IMG/VR virus record: IMGVR_UViG_3300043446_005051
Coordinates: 25,427 to 89,426 of that record
Strand: one strand, 5' to 3'
Source of the DNA: a virus
Length of the DNA: 64,000 nucleotides
In this document: in pieces, positions 1 through 8,514 of the stretch
How positions within the stretch are numbered: the first letter of the stretch is position 1
Layout of the letters: every line of letters begins with the position of its first letter
Made by a program: the position numbers and the translations under genes
The notes under the pieces: generated by a model
The model's input: the letters and a program-made list of their open reading frames with translations, nothing else
Told to the model about the DNA's origin: nothing
The model's database searches: none

Positions 1-207
1 ATCCTCTTCACCATCCAAGTGAAGATTATAAGAAACATCCACAATTCTCAAATCGGCATAATTTACATAAGAATATTGATTTGTATTAGTAGAACTTACT
101 CCAACTTTTTTAAGGGAATTTTGAACAACAGAGTTCTTATGAGTTTCAAGGATTTCGTCTGCAACTTCTTTGATTTTGGCAAGGATTTGTAATTCCATTT
201 CAGTCAT
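1..207 (-). CDS. hypothetical phage protein, runs off window start
   Basis: Open frame from ATG at 207 (MTEMELQILAKIKEVADEILE...) to position 1, read manually; same strand as neighbours. Confidence 0.55.
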   Translation of the reverse strand, partial: MTEMELQILAKIKEVADEILETHKNSVVQNSLKKVGVSSTNTNQYSYVNYADLRIVDVSYNLHLDGEED

Positions 208-632
208 TTGAATTTTCAACCATTTTCAAAAATTCAACTCCCAAATCAATAAAAATTAAAATAAAAATAAAGATTGCTGGAATAAGAACACCTAATCCCA
301 AAAAGACACAAGAAAGATAAATCAAAAAACCACATCTAATGAAAATCCAAAAAAGATACAAAAGGTCTTTTTTAGTCATTTGGTGTCCCTGTAATTGTGA
401 TAAACCTCATCTAAATCTTCATTTCATTGACTGTCATAAATCTCTTTGAGTTTATGATAAAGTGGATTTATTACAGTTCCAATTACATCTTTAGAGTCAA
501 GAATAAGATAAAGATACCTCAGTTGCTCTTCAGTGAGTGTGACCTTATAGGTCTTTTCAACTTCAATCATTTCAGTTCATTTGTGGGTATGAGAGTATTG
601 TACACCATCTGGAGAGGAATCCCCAGAGTACT

Positions 633-653
633 GTGCCAGTTGTTCAGGTGGCC
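633..653 (-). promoter_or_regulatory. palindromic early-promoter motif copy
   Basis: GTGCCAGTtgttcAGGTGGCC, about 30 bp upstream of a minus-strand TACAAT (597-602). Confidence 0.6.
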
Positions 654-872
654 TCAATAAGCATCCATATAATTTAGACATTCCTCAATTTCGGCATTAA
701 CATATTCCATATCATAAGTATACTTTTGATGAAACCGTGCCCAAATCTCCCATTGATTGCTTCCAAGATTGTTGATGGAGATGATGTCACAATCATCAAT
801 ACTTTCAATTGCATTTGCGACTCTGAAAGTTTCGTATTGACCCTGTATAACTCTACTAAAGACCTCAGCCAT
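654..872 (-). CDS. hypothetical protein
   Basis: 72-aa ORF in tightly packed minus-strand array. Confidence 0.6.
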   Translation of the reverse strand: MAEVFSRVIQGQYETFRVANAIESIDDCDIISINNLGSNQWEIWARFHQKYTYDMEYVNAEIEECLNYMDAY

Positions 873-911
873 CTTTACTCACCATCAGAGTTTGGATTTG
901 TTCTTCTTGTT

Positions 912-1130
912 TCATTTAGAATAATCCTCCCACCTCGGAATGGAACCGCAGATTTTATCGACAGAAGTTGAGAACCCTTTCTTTCCTTGTTCTGTCCTAC
1001 AATTCATCGCACTCTCATAAGCAACCTGAAAGGTGTGATGTTTTTGGTAGACTGTGTAACTGTCATTGCCCGCCACAATAATAGTTAGAAATGCAAAAAA
1101 GATAATAAGAATTAGAAAGTCATTTTTCAT
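912..1130 (-). CDS. hypothetical membrane/secreted protein
   Basis: N-terminal hydrophobic segment; C-terminal C..(K)...CG.xP pattern resembles 1753-2037. Confidence 0.6.
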   Translation of the reverse strand: MKNDFLILIIFFAFLTIIVAGNDSYTVYQKHHTFQVAYESAMNCRTEQGKKGFSTSVDKICGSIPRWEDYSK

Positions 1131-1375
1131 TTGTGGTTCTCCATCTGTTGAATAATCGCAGTCAGTCGTTCAATCTCCCTGCAAGCATCGTAAATCAAAC
1201 GATGGGGTTTGTCTTTCCACGTATACTGATAATCACCTCGCCCTGATGGAGCAAGACGCAAATGATAGGTCATCTGTGTAGGCATATCGGGAATTTCACA
1301 ATCATTCTTCAATCTCTCAAGTTCTTCTTGAGGAATATGAGTGAAGTTCCATTCAGGTGTGGGAATAATAGTCAT
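1127..1375 (-). CDS. hypothetical protein
   Basis: 82-aa ORF, ATGA overlap with neighbours. Confidence 0.65.
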   Translation of the reverse strand: MTIIPTPEWNFTHIPQEELERLKNDCEIPDMPTQMTYHLRLAPSGRGDYQYTWKDKPHRLIYDACREIERLTAIIQQMENHK

Positions 1376-1611
1376 TCCAGTTCTCCGAACGAATTAAACT
1401 CTTTTTGAAATGCAATCATATCAGGTTGCATAAATTCCCATTCACTGTTCAAAGAAAACCAGAATAGAGCAGTGAGTTCTTGTTGCCTGTATTCCTTTGG
1501 ATTATCAATGTAGGATTGATAGTAAGTATAAAAGTCCTGAGAATAAACTCCGAAGATGGCACATAACCAGACTTCAAAATTATGTTTGAATTCAAAAAAT
1601 GGATTTGACAT
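1372..1611 (-). CDS. hypothetical protein
   Basis: 79-aa ORF directly downstream of motif promoter. Confidence 0.65.
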   Translation of the reverse strand: MSNPFFEFKHNFEVWLCAIFGVYSQDFYTYYQSYIDNPKEYRQQELTALFWFSLNSEWEFMQPDMIAFQKEFNSFGELE

Positions 1612-1669
1612 CGGTATTGGGTTTACTGGAACATCATATCAGAAAAAGACACACCACTCAAGAAGCAGT

Positions 1670-1691
1670 GTGCCAGTGGTCAAAGTGTCAC
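1670..1691 (-). promoter_or_regulatory. palindromic early-promoter motif copy
   Basis: GTGCCAGTggtcaaAGTGTCAC; minus-strand TATGAT at 1633-1638. Confidence 0.65.
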
Positions 1692-1752
1692 TTTACAATA
1701 CTATCAGAGAGTGAAAGAACAGGAGCACCGTTTCCAATGCCAATAATTCGTG

Positions 1753-2037
1753 TTACCATATCAGAATAGGGGGAGTTGGAGCTTCACCACAGTATGCTCC
1801 AACCAGTGAAGCATCTTTAATTTTTTCTGCACACTTTTGGAAGGTGGCAAGATTTTCCTGGTACACTCCCATTTCGTTACTGTTGCTAATGTACCTAGTA
1901 ATCATTGATCCCGTAACAACTCCTCCTAATAGTAAAAAGAAAAAAGTAAGTACTCCAACTCCAATAGTGAATATAGAAAAAATGTCATTGGCATTTTTCT
2001 TTAGAAATTTTTTATATTCTTCAATCATATATTTCAA
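1753..2037 (-). CDS. hypothetical membrane protein
   Basis: One TM-like segment (IFTIGVGVLTFFFLLLGGVV). Confidence 0.55.
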   Translation of the reverse strand: MKYMIEEYKKFLKKNANDIFSIFTIGVGVLTFFFLLLGGVVTGSMITRYISNSNEMGVYQENLATFQKCAEKIKDASLVGAYCGEAPTPPILIW

Positions 2038-2363
2038 ACCTTAAGTTGTTCTGGACTTTGTTGTGTGCAAACCTGATATTGATGCCCTTCGGGAAGCGTA
2101 TAACGCAGGCATTCCCTCCAGCGAGGGTCTGGAGTCACCTCAGAATACTTTGTAGACCAATCATACCAGCGATTTGCGTGAGGTAGAAACACATTCACAC
2201 GCACAAGCCTTTGATTAGAAAACCAGGCTTTACATTGAACTCCTTCAAATACACGTCCACGATTGTTGTAATAAACATTACAAGTTGTGGGGCGATAGAT
2301 TGGTTGTGCAACAGCAGGAAGAGTAGAAAGAAGAATTGATGCAGAAAGAAGAATGTTTTTCAT
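2034..2363 (-). CDS. hypothetical exported protein
   Basis: Signal peptide MKNILLSASILLSTLPAVA; four Cys. Confidence 0.7.
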   Translation of the reverse strand: MKNILLSASILLSTLPAVAQPIYRPTTCNVYYNNRGRVFEGVQCKAWFSNQRLVRVNVFLPHANRWYDWSTKYSEVTPDPRWRECLRYTLPEGHQYQVCTQQSPEQLKV

Positions 2364-2528
2364 TTTAAAATTAGCGAATTCGTGTACGTTCGTTTCTTTC
2401 GTATTTTATGAGTTTGTCTCTCAGCCTCTTAATTTCATATTCTAGACATTTAATATGATTCTCTAGAACAATGAAAGTGATTATCCAAGCAATGAAACTG
2501 ATAGTGAGAAGGATTTCCATTTTACATT

Positions 2529-2765
2529 TTATTTAAATGACCAGTTTTTAGAAAGAACATCAATTTCTAAAGATAGATTATAAATCCAAGTAATGAAATA
2601 AAACAAACTTGATTCTCCAATTGAAATTTGAAGGTAAGGAATTAATTCAGGAAATTCAGTGGTTCTAACTGTGAATGTTAGTAACGTAAATTTAGAAAAG
2701 ATAAAGAAACGATATCGAATATCATATCCAAAATCATATTCTTTATCGAAAGAAAAAAGTTTCAT
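2529..2765 (-). CDS. hypothetical protein
   Basis: 78-aa ORF in array. Confidence 0.55.
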   Translation of the reverse strand: MKLFSFDKEYDFGYDIRYRFFIFSKFTLLTFTVRTTEFPELIPYLQISIGESSLFYFITWIYNLSLEIDVLSKNWSFK

Positions 2766-2776
2766 AAAAATAAAAA

Positions 2777-3181
2777 TCAGAGAGCTGCAATCTCTTCTTC
2801 AGAGAGAAAATGACCGAATGAACTTGGTACTTCCTCTAGACCATCTTTTGTTTGCTTATATTCATTTAGATCGATGACATAATTTTGATTTAGCATCTCA
2901 CGCATAATATCAAACTTATCTTCATTCATTGAAGAAGTCTTGATTTCTTTTACAGGCTTCACAGAAGCGTTGGATTGTGAGGATGTAATCAGAGTCTCAG
3001 CATCTACTTTAAGCTCCTTCAGAGTCTTCTGAACAGCAATAGGATTGCCAAGCATTGAAGGGTTACTGCACTTGTAAAGAACCCACTTTGAACTTGATTT
3101 CTTTTGAATATAACCAACCATCTTTGGTCCTTCATTGATTTGGTATTCACCAGCTTGAATACGAGAAAATTTCAGAGTCAT
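2777..3181 (-). CDS. hypothetical early protein (paralog of 6165-6683)
   Basis: N-terminus LKFSRIQAGEYQI..G.KMVGYI shared with the 6165 ORF. Confidence 0.75.
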   Translation of the reverse strand: MTLKFSRIQAGEYQINEGPKMVGYIQKKSSSKWVLYKCSNPSMLGNPIAVQKTLKELKVDAETLITSSQSNASVKPVKEIKTSSMNEDKFDIMREMLNQNYVIDLNEYKQTKDGLEEVPSSFGHFLSEEEIAAL

Positions 3182-3254
3182 AATGAAGAAGAAACGTCAG
3201 TTGTCTGTTGACTAGCATATCATAGCACACTCAAGCTCAGCTTAAAAGCTATCT

Positions 3255-3276
3255 ATGCCAGTCCACAAATTGTCAC
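3255..3276 (-). promoter_or_regulatory. palindromic early-promoter motif copy
   Basis: ATGCCAGTccacaaATTGTCAC; minus-strand TGCTATGAT extended -10 near 3219-3227. Confidence 0.65.
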
Positions 3277-3293
3277 AAGAGCTATTGATTATA

Positions 3294-3416
3294 TTGACAA
3301 ATATAAAATCACTGCTACAATCCTTCTGTTACTGAAGGATTTATTATATCTATAAGAATACTATAGAATATTTAATCGAGAGATGACCGAAGGTCATTTA
3401 CTCCGAAGGAGTAAAT
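3294..3416 (+). repeat. promoter + multi-hairpin element, copy 1 (candidate sRNA or DNA-hairpin signal)
   Basis: TTGACA(3294)-16bp-TACAAT with TG extension, then four hairpins; homologous to 25302-25423. Confidence 0.75.
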
Positions 3417-3420
3417 TCTC

Positions 3421-3915
3421 CTAAGCAAATAGATACTCTTTCCATTCGCTTACATTTGACCTATGAATCGTTAGAGAGATTTTATTGTATGGTTTGTAAG
3501 GTTGAAATAGTAATTTCATTCCAGCTTCACTAGGAGTTCTATTCCCTTTTTTGAGATTACACTTTAGACAAGCGGTTATCAAATTGGACCATTCATCTTG
3601 ACCATTACGAGATTGAGGTATAATATGGTCAACTGTTAAATTTTCTTTTGAATTGCAATAAGCACAAGTATGATTGTCTCTTGTAAAGATTGATCGACGA
3701 GTAACATTATTTGACATAATTCGATTATAAGGCAATCGAATATAATTTACCAATCGAACTACGTGTTCTGAAAGAATTTGAACTTTTTCTTTAATAATAT
3801 AAACAATCGCTTTTCTTTTTGAAACAATATTAATCGGAGCATAGTCCGCATTTAATACAAGAATTTGATTTTTGAGTTTCATTTTTCTAATGGTTGAACT
3901 TAAAGTCCTGTTCAT
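3421..3915 (-). CDS. HNH endonuclease (McrA/HNH_5-like)
   Basis: VLNADY N-terminus; RD..CAYC, TVDHIIP.S..G...W.NL..AC..CN..KG motifs. Confidence 0.9.
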   Translation of the reverse strand: MNRTLSSTIRKMKLKNQILVLNADYAPINIVSKRKAIVYIIKEKVQILSEHVVRLVNYIRLPYNRIMSNNVTRRSIFTRDNHTCAYCNSKENLTVDHIIPQSRNGQDEWSNLITACLKCNLKKGNRTPSEAGMKLLFQPYKPYNKISLTIHRSNVSEWKEYLFA

Positions 3916-4117
3916 AATAAGCAGAAATTACAATATCATCCCAGGCTGTAGGTATATAACGATGCATACGATTGACTCCTGAAAGTTTATACTCGGAGTC
4001 TTCTAATTTAAGGTCATTGAGTAAACCTTTAAGTTTTCGAATTTCTTGAGATGTTTTTGGTTTACGGAAGTAGCAATAGCAACTTTTTTTGGGAAGACTA
4101 CGATGAGTTCTAGCCAT
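3887..4117 (-). CDS. hypothetical protein
   Basis: 76-aa ORF, MARTHR...IPTAWDD phage-type small protein. Confidence 0.65.
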   Translation of the reverse strand: MARTHRSLPKKSCYCYFRKPKTSQEIRKLKGLLNDLKLEDSEYKLSGVNRMHRYIPTAWDDIVISAYYEQDFKFNH

Positions 4118-4125
4118 AAAACTTT

Positions 4126-4287
4126 TTATTCGAAATTGTTAATAAACTTATGAAGTAAGTGAACTCCTTTATCTGGAGAGAACTTTCTATCAAAGAGTAC
4201 CATTAATTTCTCAATGACATCTTTATATGCAGAAGGAACTCGGATGTGAACAGTATCTCCAGAGTTGGGAAATTTCTTAACAAACAT
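4126..4287 (-). CDS. small protein, possible ribbon-helix-helix DNA-binding fold
   Basis: Manually read 53-aa ORF MFVKKFPNSGDTVHIRVPSAYKDVIEKLM...; beta-strand TVHIRVP followed by helix. Confidence 0.5.
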   Translation of the reverse strand: MFVKKFPNSGDTVHIRVPSAYKDVIEKLMVLFDRKFSPDKGVHLLHKFINNFE

Positions 4288-4312
4288 AAGTATGATTTTA
4301 AACTGACCTTAT

Positions 4313-5506
4313 TTATGCAATAAGAGCATCTCCCTTGATAAAAAGTGTATCTACAATGTTTTGTAGCTGTTGTTCGATTTTATGACCTCTTTTGTCATTT
4401 GAAGGAAAAGCAATGATTCCAAAGGGCTTTTTATATTTTTCATATTCACCCCTTTGAATTAGACCCTTCTCAAGTCGTTCGTGGTCGTCTTTATGTAGAC
4501 GTAGAATACGTCCCATTGTTTGAACATAATCTACTACTGATAGATTTCGAAGAATCAATGCGTGAGTCATACCATTGATAGAGATGCCTTCTGAAATGAT
4601 GGAATGGTGAAACAGAATCAGTTTTACATCATCATCATTTCCCATCTGCTCAAGAGTATCAAAGAATACTTGACGTGATACTTTATTCTGATTGATTACG
4701 CAACCATATTTACTGGTAATGTGAAATACCTGAAAGCCTCGCTCATAGAGTTCATTGAGGAGTTCAGTCTCAGTAAACATATCCATCATTCTTTGAGTTG
4801 TGGGAACTGCAACAAGAATCTTTGGATTTACCTCAATATCATCAATGAAATTGAGAATGTTTTCATCTTCATTTTCTGAAGATTCATAGGAAACGACTTT
4901 AGGTGCAAGAATAAACCCTCCTTCTACAAGCTCCTTAGGTGAAAGAGAGATAATTGTTCCACCATACACATCAGAGTTTGCCATCGTCTTACGGTCACTT
5001 GTATGGCGAGGAGTCGCAGTATAGAAATAACAATTCTTCGCAATTCTAGAAGTTTCTGCTACTCCAACAAAATTAGCTTCAAATACTGAATGATGAGCTT
5101 CATCGAAGATTGCAATATCAATATTTACATTTGATTCATTAATTTTTGAAAGTGACTTGTATGTAGTAAAGATAATTTGATGATGTTGAATACGAGTTGT
5201 AATATTCGAAATAGTACGAATCATTTCAACATTTGTAGTTCCATTTTCACCCGAATGCGCGTGAAAATAAAATACTTTTGAAACATCTTTTAAATGCCTT
5301 TGAAATTCATTTGATAGCTGAGATGCAAGAAGAATCTTTGGAGCAACAACAACAATTTTCAGAGGATGAGTGGAATTTAAGATTCTTTGTTTAACATCCT
5401 CCATAAAGATTACGGTCTTTCCGCCGCCAGTTGGGATCACTAATGTACCTTTGTTATGCTTTTTAAGTGTAATCAATGCTTTTTGTTGATACTCTCGAAG
5501 TTTCAT
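4313..5506 (-). CDS. superfamily 2 (ResIII/DEAH-type) helicase
   Basis: LREYQ Q-motif, PTGGGKT Walker A, DEAH, TATP, QTMGRILR motif VI. Confidence 0.9.
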   Translation of the reverse strand: MKLREYQQKALITLKKHNKGTLVIPTGGGKTVIFMEDVKQRILNSTHPLKIVVVAPKILLASQLSNEFQRHLKDVSKVFYFHAHSGENGTTNVEMIRTISNITTRIQHHQIIFTTYKSLSKINESNVNIDIAIFDEAHHSVFEANFVGVAETSRIAKNCYFYTATPRHTSDRKTMANSDVYGGTIISLSPKELVEGGFILAPKVVSYESSENEDENILNFIDDIEVNPKILVAVPTTQRMMDMFTETELLNELYERGFQVFHITSKYGCVINQNKVSRQVFFDTLEQMGNDDDVKLILFHHSIISEGISINGMTHALILRNLSVVDYVQTMGRILRLHKDDHERLEKGLIQRGEYEKYKKPFGIIAFPSNDKRGHKIEQQLQNIVDTLFIKGDALIA

Positions 5507-5529
5507 TCTTAATTTAGAAGATGATGTAA

Positions 5530-5955
5530 TTAAATTGATTCTTTTTTAATTCTATCCAATGTTGCTGTGGCACATCGACTTACGTGTTTTGTTAAATCAT
5601 TGGAAAGTTTCTCCAGCAAATCAATTGGTACTGTTTTGTTTGAAGCCAATCCTCCTCGAACATCTTCACTTAAGTCTACAGATAGGGACTCATAAATTTT
5701 CCTATTCAAATTAGGCTTTATTGCAATTCTATATTTTATCATCATATCGTCACTTTTAATTGCTTCTTCTAATTTGGAGGAAGGAAAGTTACGGTTTGAA
5801 ATTAAATTAATGATAGTATAATATGAGTCCGTGTTTCGATGGCTTTGTTTGAAATGTTTATCAAACAGCTGTACTAATTTAATAGTGTTAGAGAGAGTCT
5901 CTGCGAGTTTGATGTCTCGATTGGCTTCATATTCAACAAAATACGACATTTTCAA
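5530..5955 (-). CDS. helical-repeat (LRV/HEAT-like) protein
   Basis: Repeats like L..D....VR..LA.N...P..LLEKLS.D. Confidence 0.6.
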   Translation of the reverse strand: MKMSYFVEYEANRDIKLAETLSNTIKLVQLFDKHFKQSHRNTDSYYTIINLISNRNFPSSKLEEAIKSDDMMIKYRIAIKPNLNRKIYESLSVDLSEDVRGGLASNKTVPIDLLEKLSNDLTKHVSRCATATLDRIKKESI

Positions 5956-6125
5956 ATAAACTCCATTAGAAAGTAGTCTTCGGTGATTCCAAGTTCATCT
6001 GACCGCTCTTTAATCCATTTTACAAAAAGAATAGCTTCTTCCTCTTCCTTTTGTAGCTCAGATTGAATTTCTTGAATTGATTTTTGATTCATTGGTAATC
6101 AGATGATAAGTTGATGCAATATATG

Positions 6126-6159
6126 AAAAAGAGAGTGACAATTAAGTCACTCTCTTTTT
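6126..6159 (-). terminator. intrinsic terminator
   Basis: AAAAAGAGAGTGAC-aattaa-GTCACTCTCTTTTT inverted repeat with T runs on both strands. Confidence 0.75.
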
Positions 6160-6164
6160 TTAAA

Positions 6165-6683
6165 TCAAACAAGAGAAAGCTCGGGTTCGTCGGAAGTTAC
6201 ATACTCAAACTCATCCTCCAGATCGAGTTCATCATTCAGGTCAAATTCATTTGAATCGTCCAGAACAAAATCAGAATCGTCTTGAAGAAGGTCGTCTTCA
6301 TCTAGTTCAGGCATCAGTACAGTTACAGGAACTTCTACTTCGGTCTCAGGTGCAGAGACTTCTTCCTCTTCTTCAGCCTCATTCCACTCCACTTCCTTCA
6401 GGGGAGAGATTGGAGAGATTGCCTGAGGTTGCTCATTCAGGAAGAACCCCTTAGCAGTTTCCTTTGCTTCTCGCAGCAGGGAATCGGGGCTGTCAATTGC
6501 ATCCGCAGTATTGACCATAAAGGGTTCCTTTTCAGGTACAGAATCATTGATGACCCACCAGTTAGTTTCCTTCGAGTCATCATTTACTTCCTTCATAATG
6601 TACCCAACGAATTCTCCATCACGAGTAATTCCATAGTACCCGGCTTGAATACGGGGAAACTTGATAACAGGTGCTTTTGCCAT
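6165..6683 (-). CDS. hypothetical early protein with very acidic C-terminus
   Basis: Start chosen after GGAGG SD (MAKAPV); shared N-domain with 2777-3181; D/E-rich tail. Confidence 0.75.
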   Translation of the reverse strand: MAKAPVIKFPRIQAGYYGITRDGEFVGYIMKEVNDDSKETNWWVINDSVPEKEPFMVNTADAIDSPDSLLREAKETAKGFFLNEQPQAISPISPLKEVEWNEAEEEEEVSAPETEVEVPVTVLMPELDEDDLLQDDSDFVLDDSNEFDLNDELDLEDEFEYVTSDEPELSLV

Positions 6684-6785
6684 AATAAAAACCTCCAAAG
6701 AAAAGAATACGACGGTTGAGTGTTGAAAGGTCTCCCTCTCACCTCAGTCATTGTAGCGCAGACTCAGAAAAGCAATCAGGATGGT

Positions 6786-6805
6786 GGACAGTTGAAAAAG
6801 CGTCC
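6786..6805 (-). promoter_or_regulatory. palindromic early-promoter motif copy
   Basis: GGACAGTtgaaaaAGCGTCC; TACAAT at 6750-6755 (minus). Confidence 0.65.
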
Positions 6806-6828
6806 TCTCTGTAATGCTATTTGCATTA

Positions 6829-6861
6829 AAAAACTCCTATTCAAATTTGAATAGGAGTTTT
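6829..6861 (-). terminator. terminator hairpin after tRNA pair
   Basis: AAAAACTCCTATTCAAATTTGAATAGGAGTTTT near-perfect palindrome. Confidence 0.7.
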
Positions 6862-6880
6862 AAGTGTTATTCAGTTTTAG

Positions 6881-6951
6881 TAGGGACACTGGGGATTGAA
6901 CCCAGACTAACCCGTTATAAGCAGGCCGCTCTACCATTAAGCTATGCCCCC
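6881..6951 (-). tRNA. tRNA-Ile(UAU)
   Basis: Cloverleaf GGGGGCATAGCTTAATGGTAGAGC...loop CTTATAA...GGTTCAATCC; no encoded CCA. Confidence 0.85.
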
Positions 6952-6975
6952 ACATAATTTGCTCTAAAAGAGCAA

Positions 6976-7047
6976 AGCGATAGACGTGATTTGAACACGC
7001 AACCGTCTGGATGGAAGCCAGAAGCTCTACCGTTGAGCTACTATCGC
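6976..7047 (-). tRNA. tRNA-Gly(UCC)
   Basis: GCGATAG acceptor, TCTGG-CTTCCAT-CCAGA anticodon arm, TTCAAAT T-loop. Confidence 0.9.
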
Positions 7048-7085
7048 ATAATTAAAGGAATACTAATGTATTCCTTTGTATATAT

Positions 7086-7244
7086 CTAAACTAGAGAAGG
7101 TATTTCATACTCCACTAGTCTAGAATCGTCCTCGTCATCAAAGTAACCAAGTTCAAGATTCACAAGGTCTTCATAATCAACACCTAGAAAGCGAGTCGCG
7201 AAATCTTCATAGTCATCGTGAAGAAGATAAGAAAATTCAGACAT
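7086..7244 (-). CDS. small acidic hypothetical protein
   Basis: Manually read 52-aa ORF MSEFSYLLHDDYEDFATRFLG... with AGGAGG SD. Confidence 0.6.
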   Translation of the reverse strand: MSEFSYLLHDDYEDFATRFLGVDYEDLVNLELGYFDDEDDSRLVEYEIPSLV

Positions 7245-7316
7245 TTGATCAAGTCCTCCTGTTGTTTCTTGAACGTATGTATGTTACCAGCTGTGAAACT
7301 TATTGTCAACTATGGA

Positions 7317-7338
7317 GTGCCAGTACAAAAAGTGACAC
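7317..7338 (-). promoter_or_regulatory. palindromic early-promoter motif copy
   Basis: GTGCCAGTacaaaaAGTGACAC. Confidence 0.6.
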
Positions 7339-7550
7339 TTGAAATAATTAAACATCAAACACTTTCTCTGAAAGAATCAAATCATCAATGAGTTGAATTT
7401 CCCAGTTTTCCATATGTTCCATTGTTTGGATGAATTGATAGGTCTGAGTCCAGGCTTGACCTGCATCGAGCAGACATTCAAGGTTTTCCATAGATGAATA
7501 ATCAAAATGAAAAGACATAATAAATTAAAACTATGTAAGTTATTTATATA

Positions 7551-7574
7551 AAAGCGGAGTAATTACTCCGCTTT
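7551..7574 (-). terminator. terminator hairpin
   Basis: AAAGCGGAGTAATTACTCCGCTTT perfect palindrome after ORF 7583-7813. Confidence 0.7.
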
Positions 7575-7582
7575 GAACTTAA

Positions 7583-7813
7583 TCAGTCTTCACACTCGTT
7601 TAGAAGTGCATCTTCTTTCTTCTTACGCCGCTTTTCTTCAATTAGAAATTTAAGCTCAAGAATATCCTCATTCAGAATCTCATACTCATCTAACATATTT
7701 TCATACTGAAATGAACTAGTACACTTCTTCATTTTCTTTTGAAGTTTATCGAGTTGCTTCTTTTTTACTTTAAGTTCAGATTCGAGTTCTTTAATGTCTT
7801 TAATAATTTCCAT
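7583..7813 (-). CDS. coiled-coil hypothetical protein
   Basis: 76-aa K/E-rich heptad pattern. Confidence 0.65.
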   Translation of the reverse strand: MEIIKDIKELESELKVKKKQLDKLQKKMKKCTSSFQYENMLDEYEILNEDILELKFLIEEKRRKKKEDALLNECED

Positions 7814-8039
7814 AATTTTGTTGAAATTTGACTTATTTATTCAATATCACCGACGAAAGGAATGAATGAAATAGGAACGGAATACCGTAAAAAGAATAAT
7901 TCCGCTACTTGCAATTCCAATCATACCCAGAAGAGTAATAAGATTGCCGTATTCAAAAGAAAGAGTTTGAACTTCCATTTAATTTGGTTGGTTGAACTTA
8001 ACTAGTTTACAGTAAGATGAGAGTAAAAGGCAAGTAACT

Positions 8040-8061
8040 GTGACAGCTTGGGAACTGTCAC
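8040..8061 (-). promoter_or_regulatory. palindromic early-promoter motif copy
   Basis: GTGACAGcttgggaaCTGTCAC. Confidence 0.65.
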
Positions 8062-8072
8062 AGTTCACATTA

Positions 8073-8420
8073 TCAGTTTGAATTCAATGTACGAGTGATT
8101 CCAAGCTCCTCTAGACGGGCATCCACTCGATTATTGATGAATGCCTCAATATCATTATCAATAGTCTCCATAATGGAAAAAGCAACATCTCGAACTAGAT
8201 TTGAGCCATATTCCTGGCGAATGAATTGAATAAATCGAGTCTTAAACGCATAATCATTATACGCTAGGTCTTTTACAATGTTGAATAATTGGTCAGAATT
8301 AATCGATTTCAGTAGCTCGTCTTTACGGGTTTCTACTTCTTCATATAGGTAATTTAGCCCTGTAATTAGATTATCAATCTGAAGTAGATTGTCGTTGATA
8401 ACGTGAGTATCTTGAGACAT
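8073..8420 (-). CDS. hypothetical helical protein adjacent to Ubl cassette
   Basis: 115-aa ORF with its own motif promoter. Confidence 0.7.
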   Translation of the reverse strand: MSQDTHVINDNLLQIDNLITGLNYLYEEVETRKDELLKSINSDQLFNIVKDLAYNDYAFKTRFIQFIRQEYGSNLVRDVAFSIMETIDNDIEAFINNRVDARLEELGITRTLNSN

Positions 8421-8481
8421 AAATGATGTTTGATTGAGACTTGTACAGTGTAGCAGAGAAGCTGGAAGGGAGAATGATTAT

Positions 8482-8505
8482 AGGGACAGTCAAAAAACTG
8501 TCCCT
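8482..8505 (-). promoter_or_regulatory. palindromic early-promoter motif copy
   Basis: AGGGACAGTcaaaaaACTGTCCCT; TGCTACACT -10 about 30 bp downstream. Confidence 0.7.
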
Positions 8506-8514
8506 GAGTCATAA

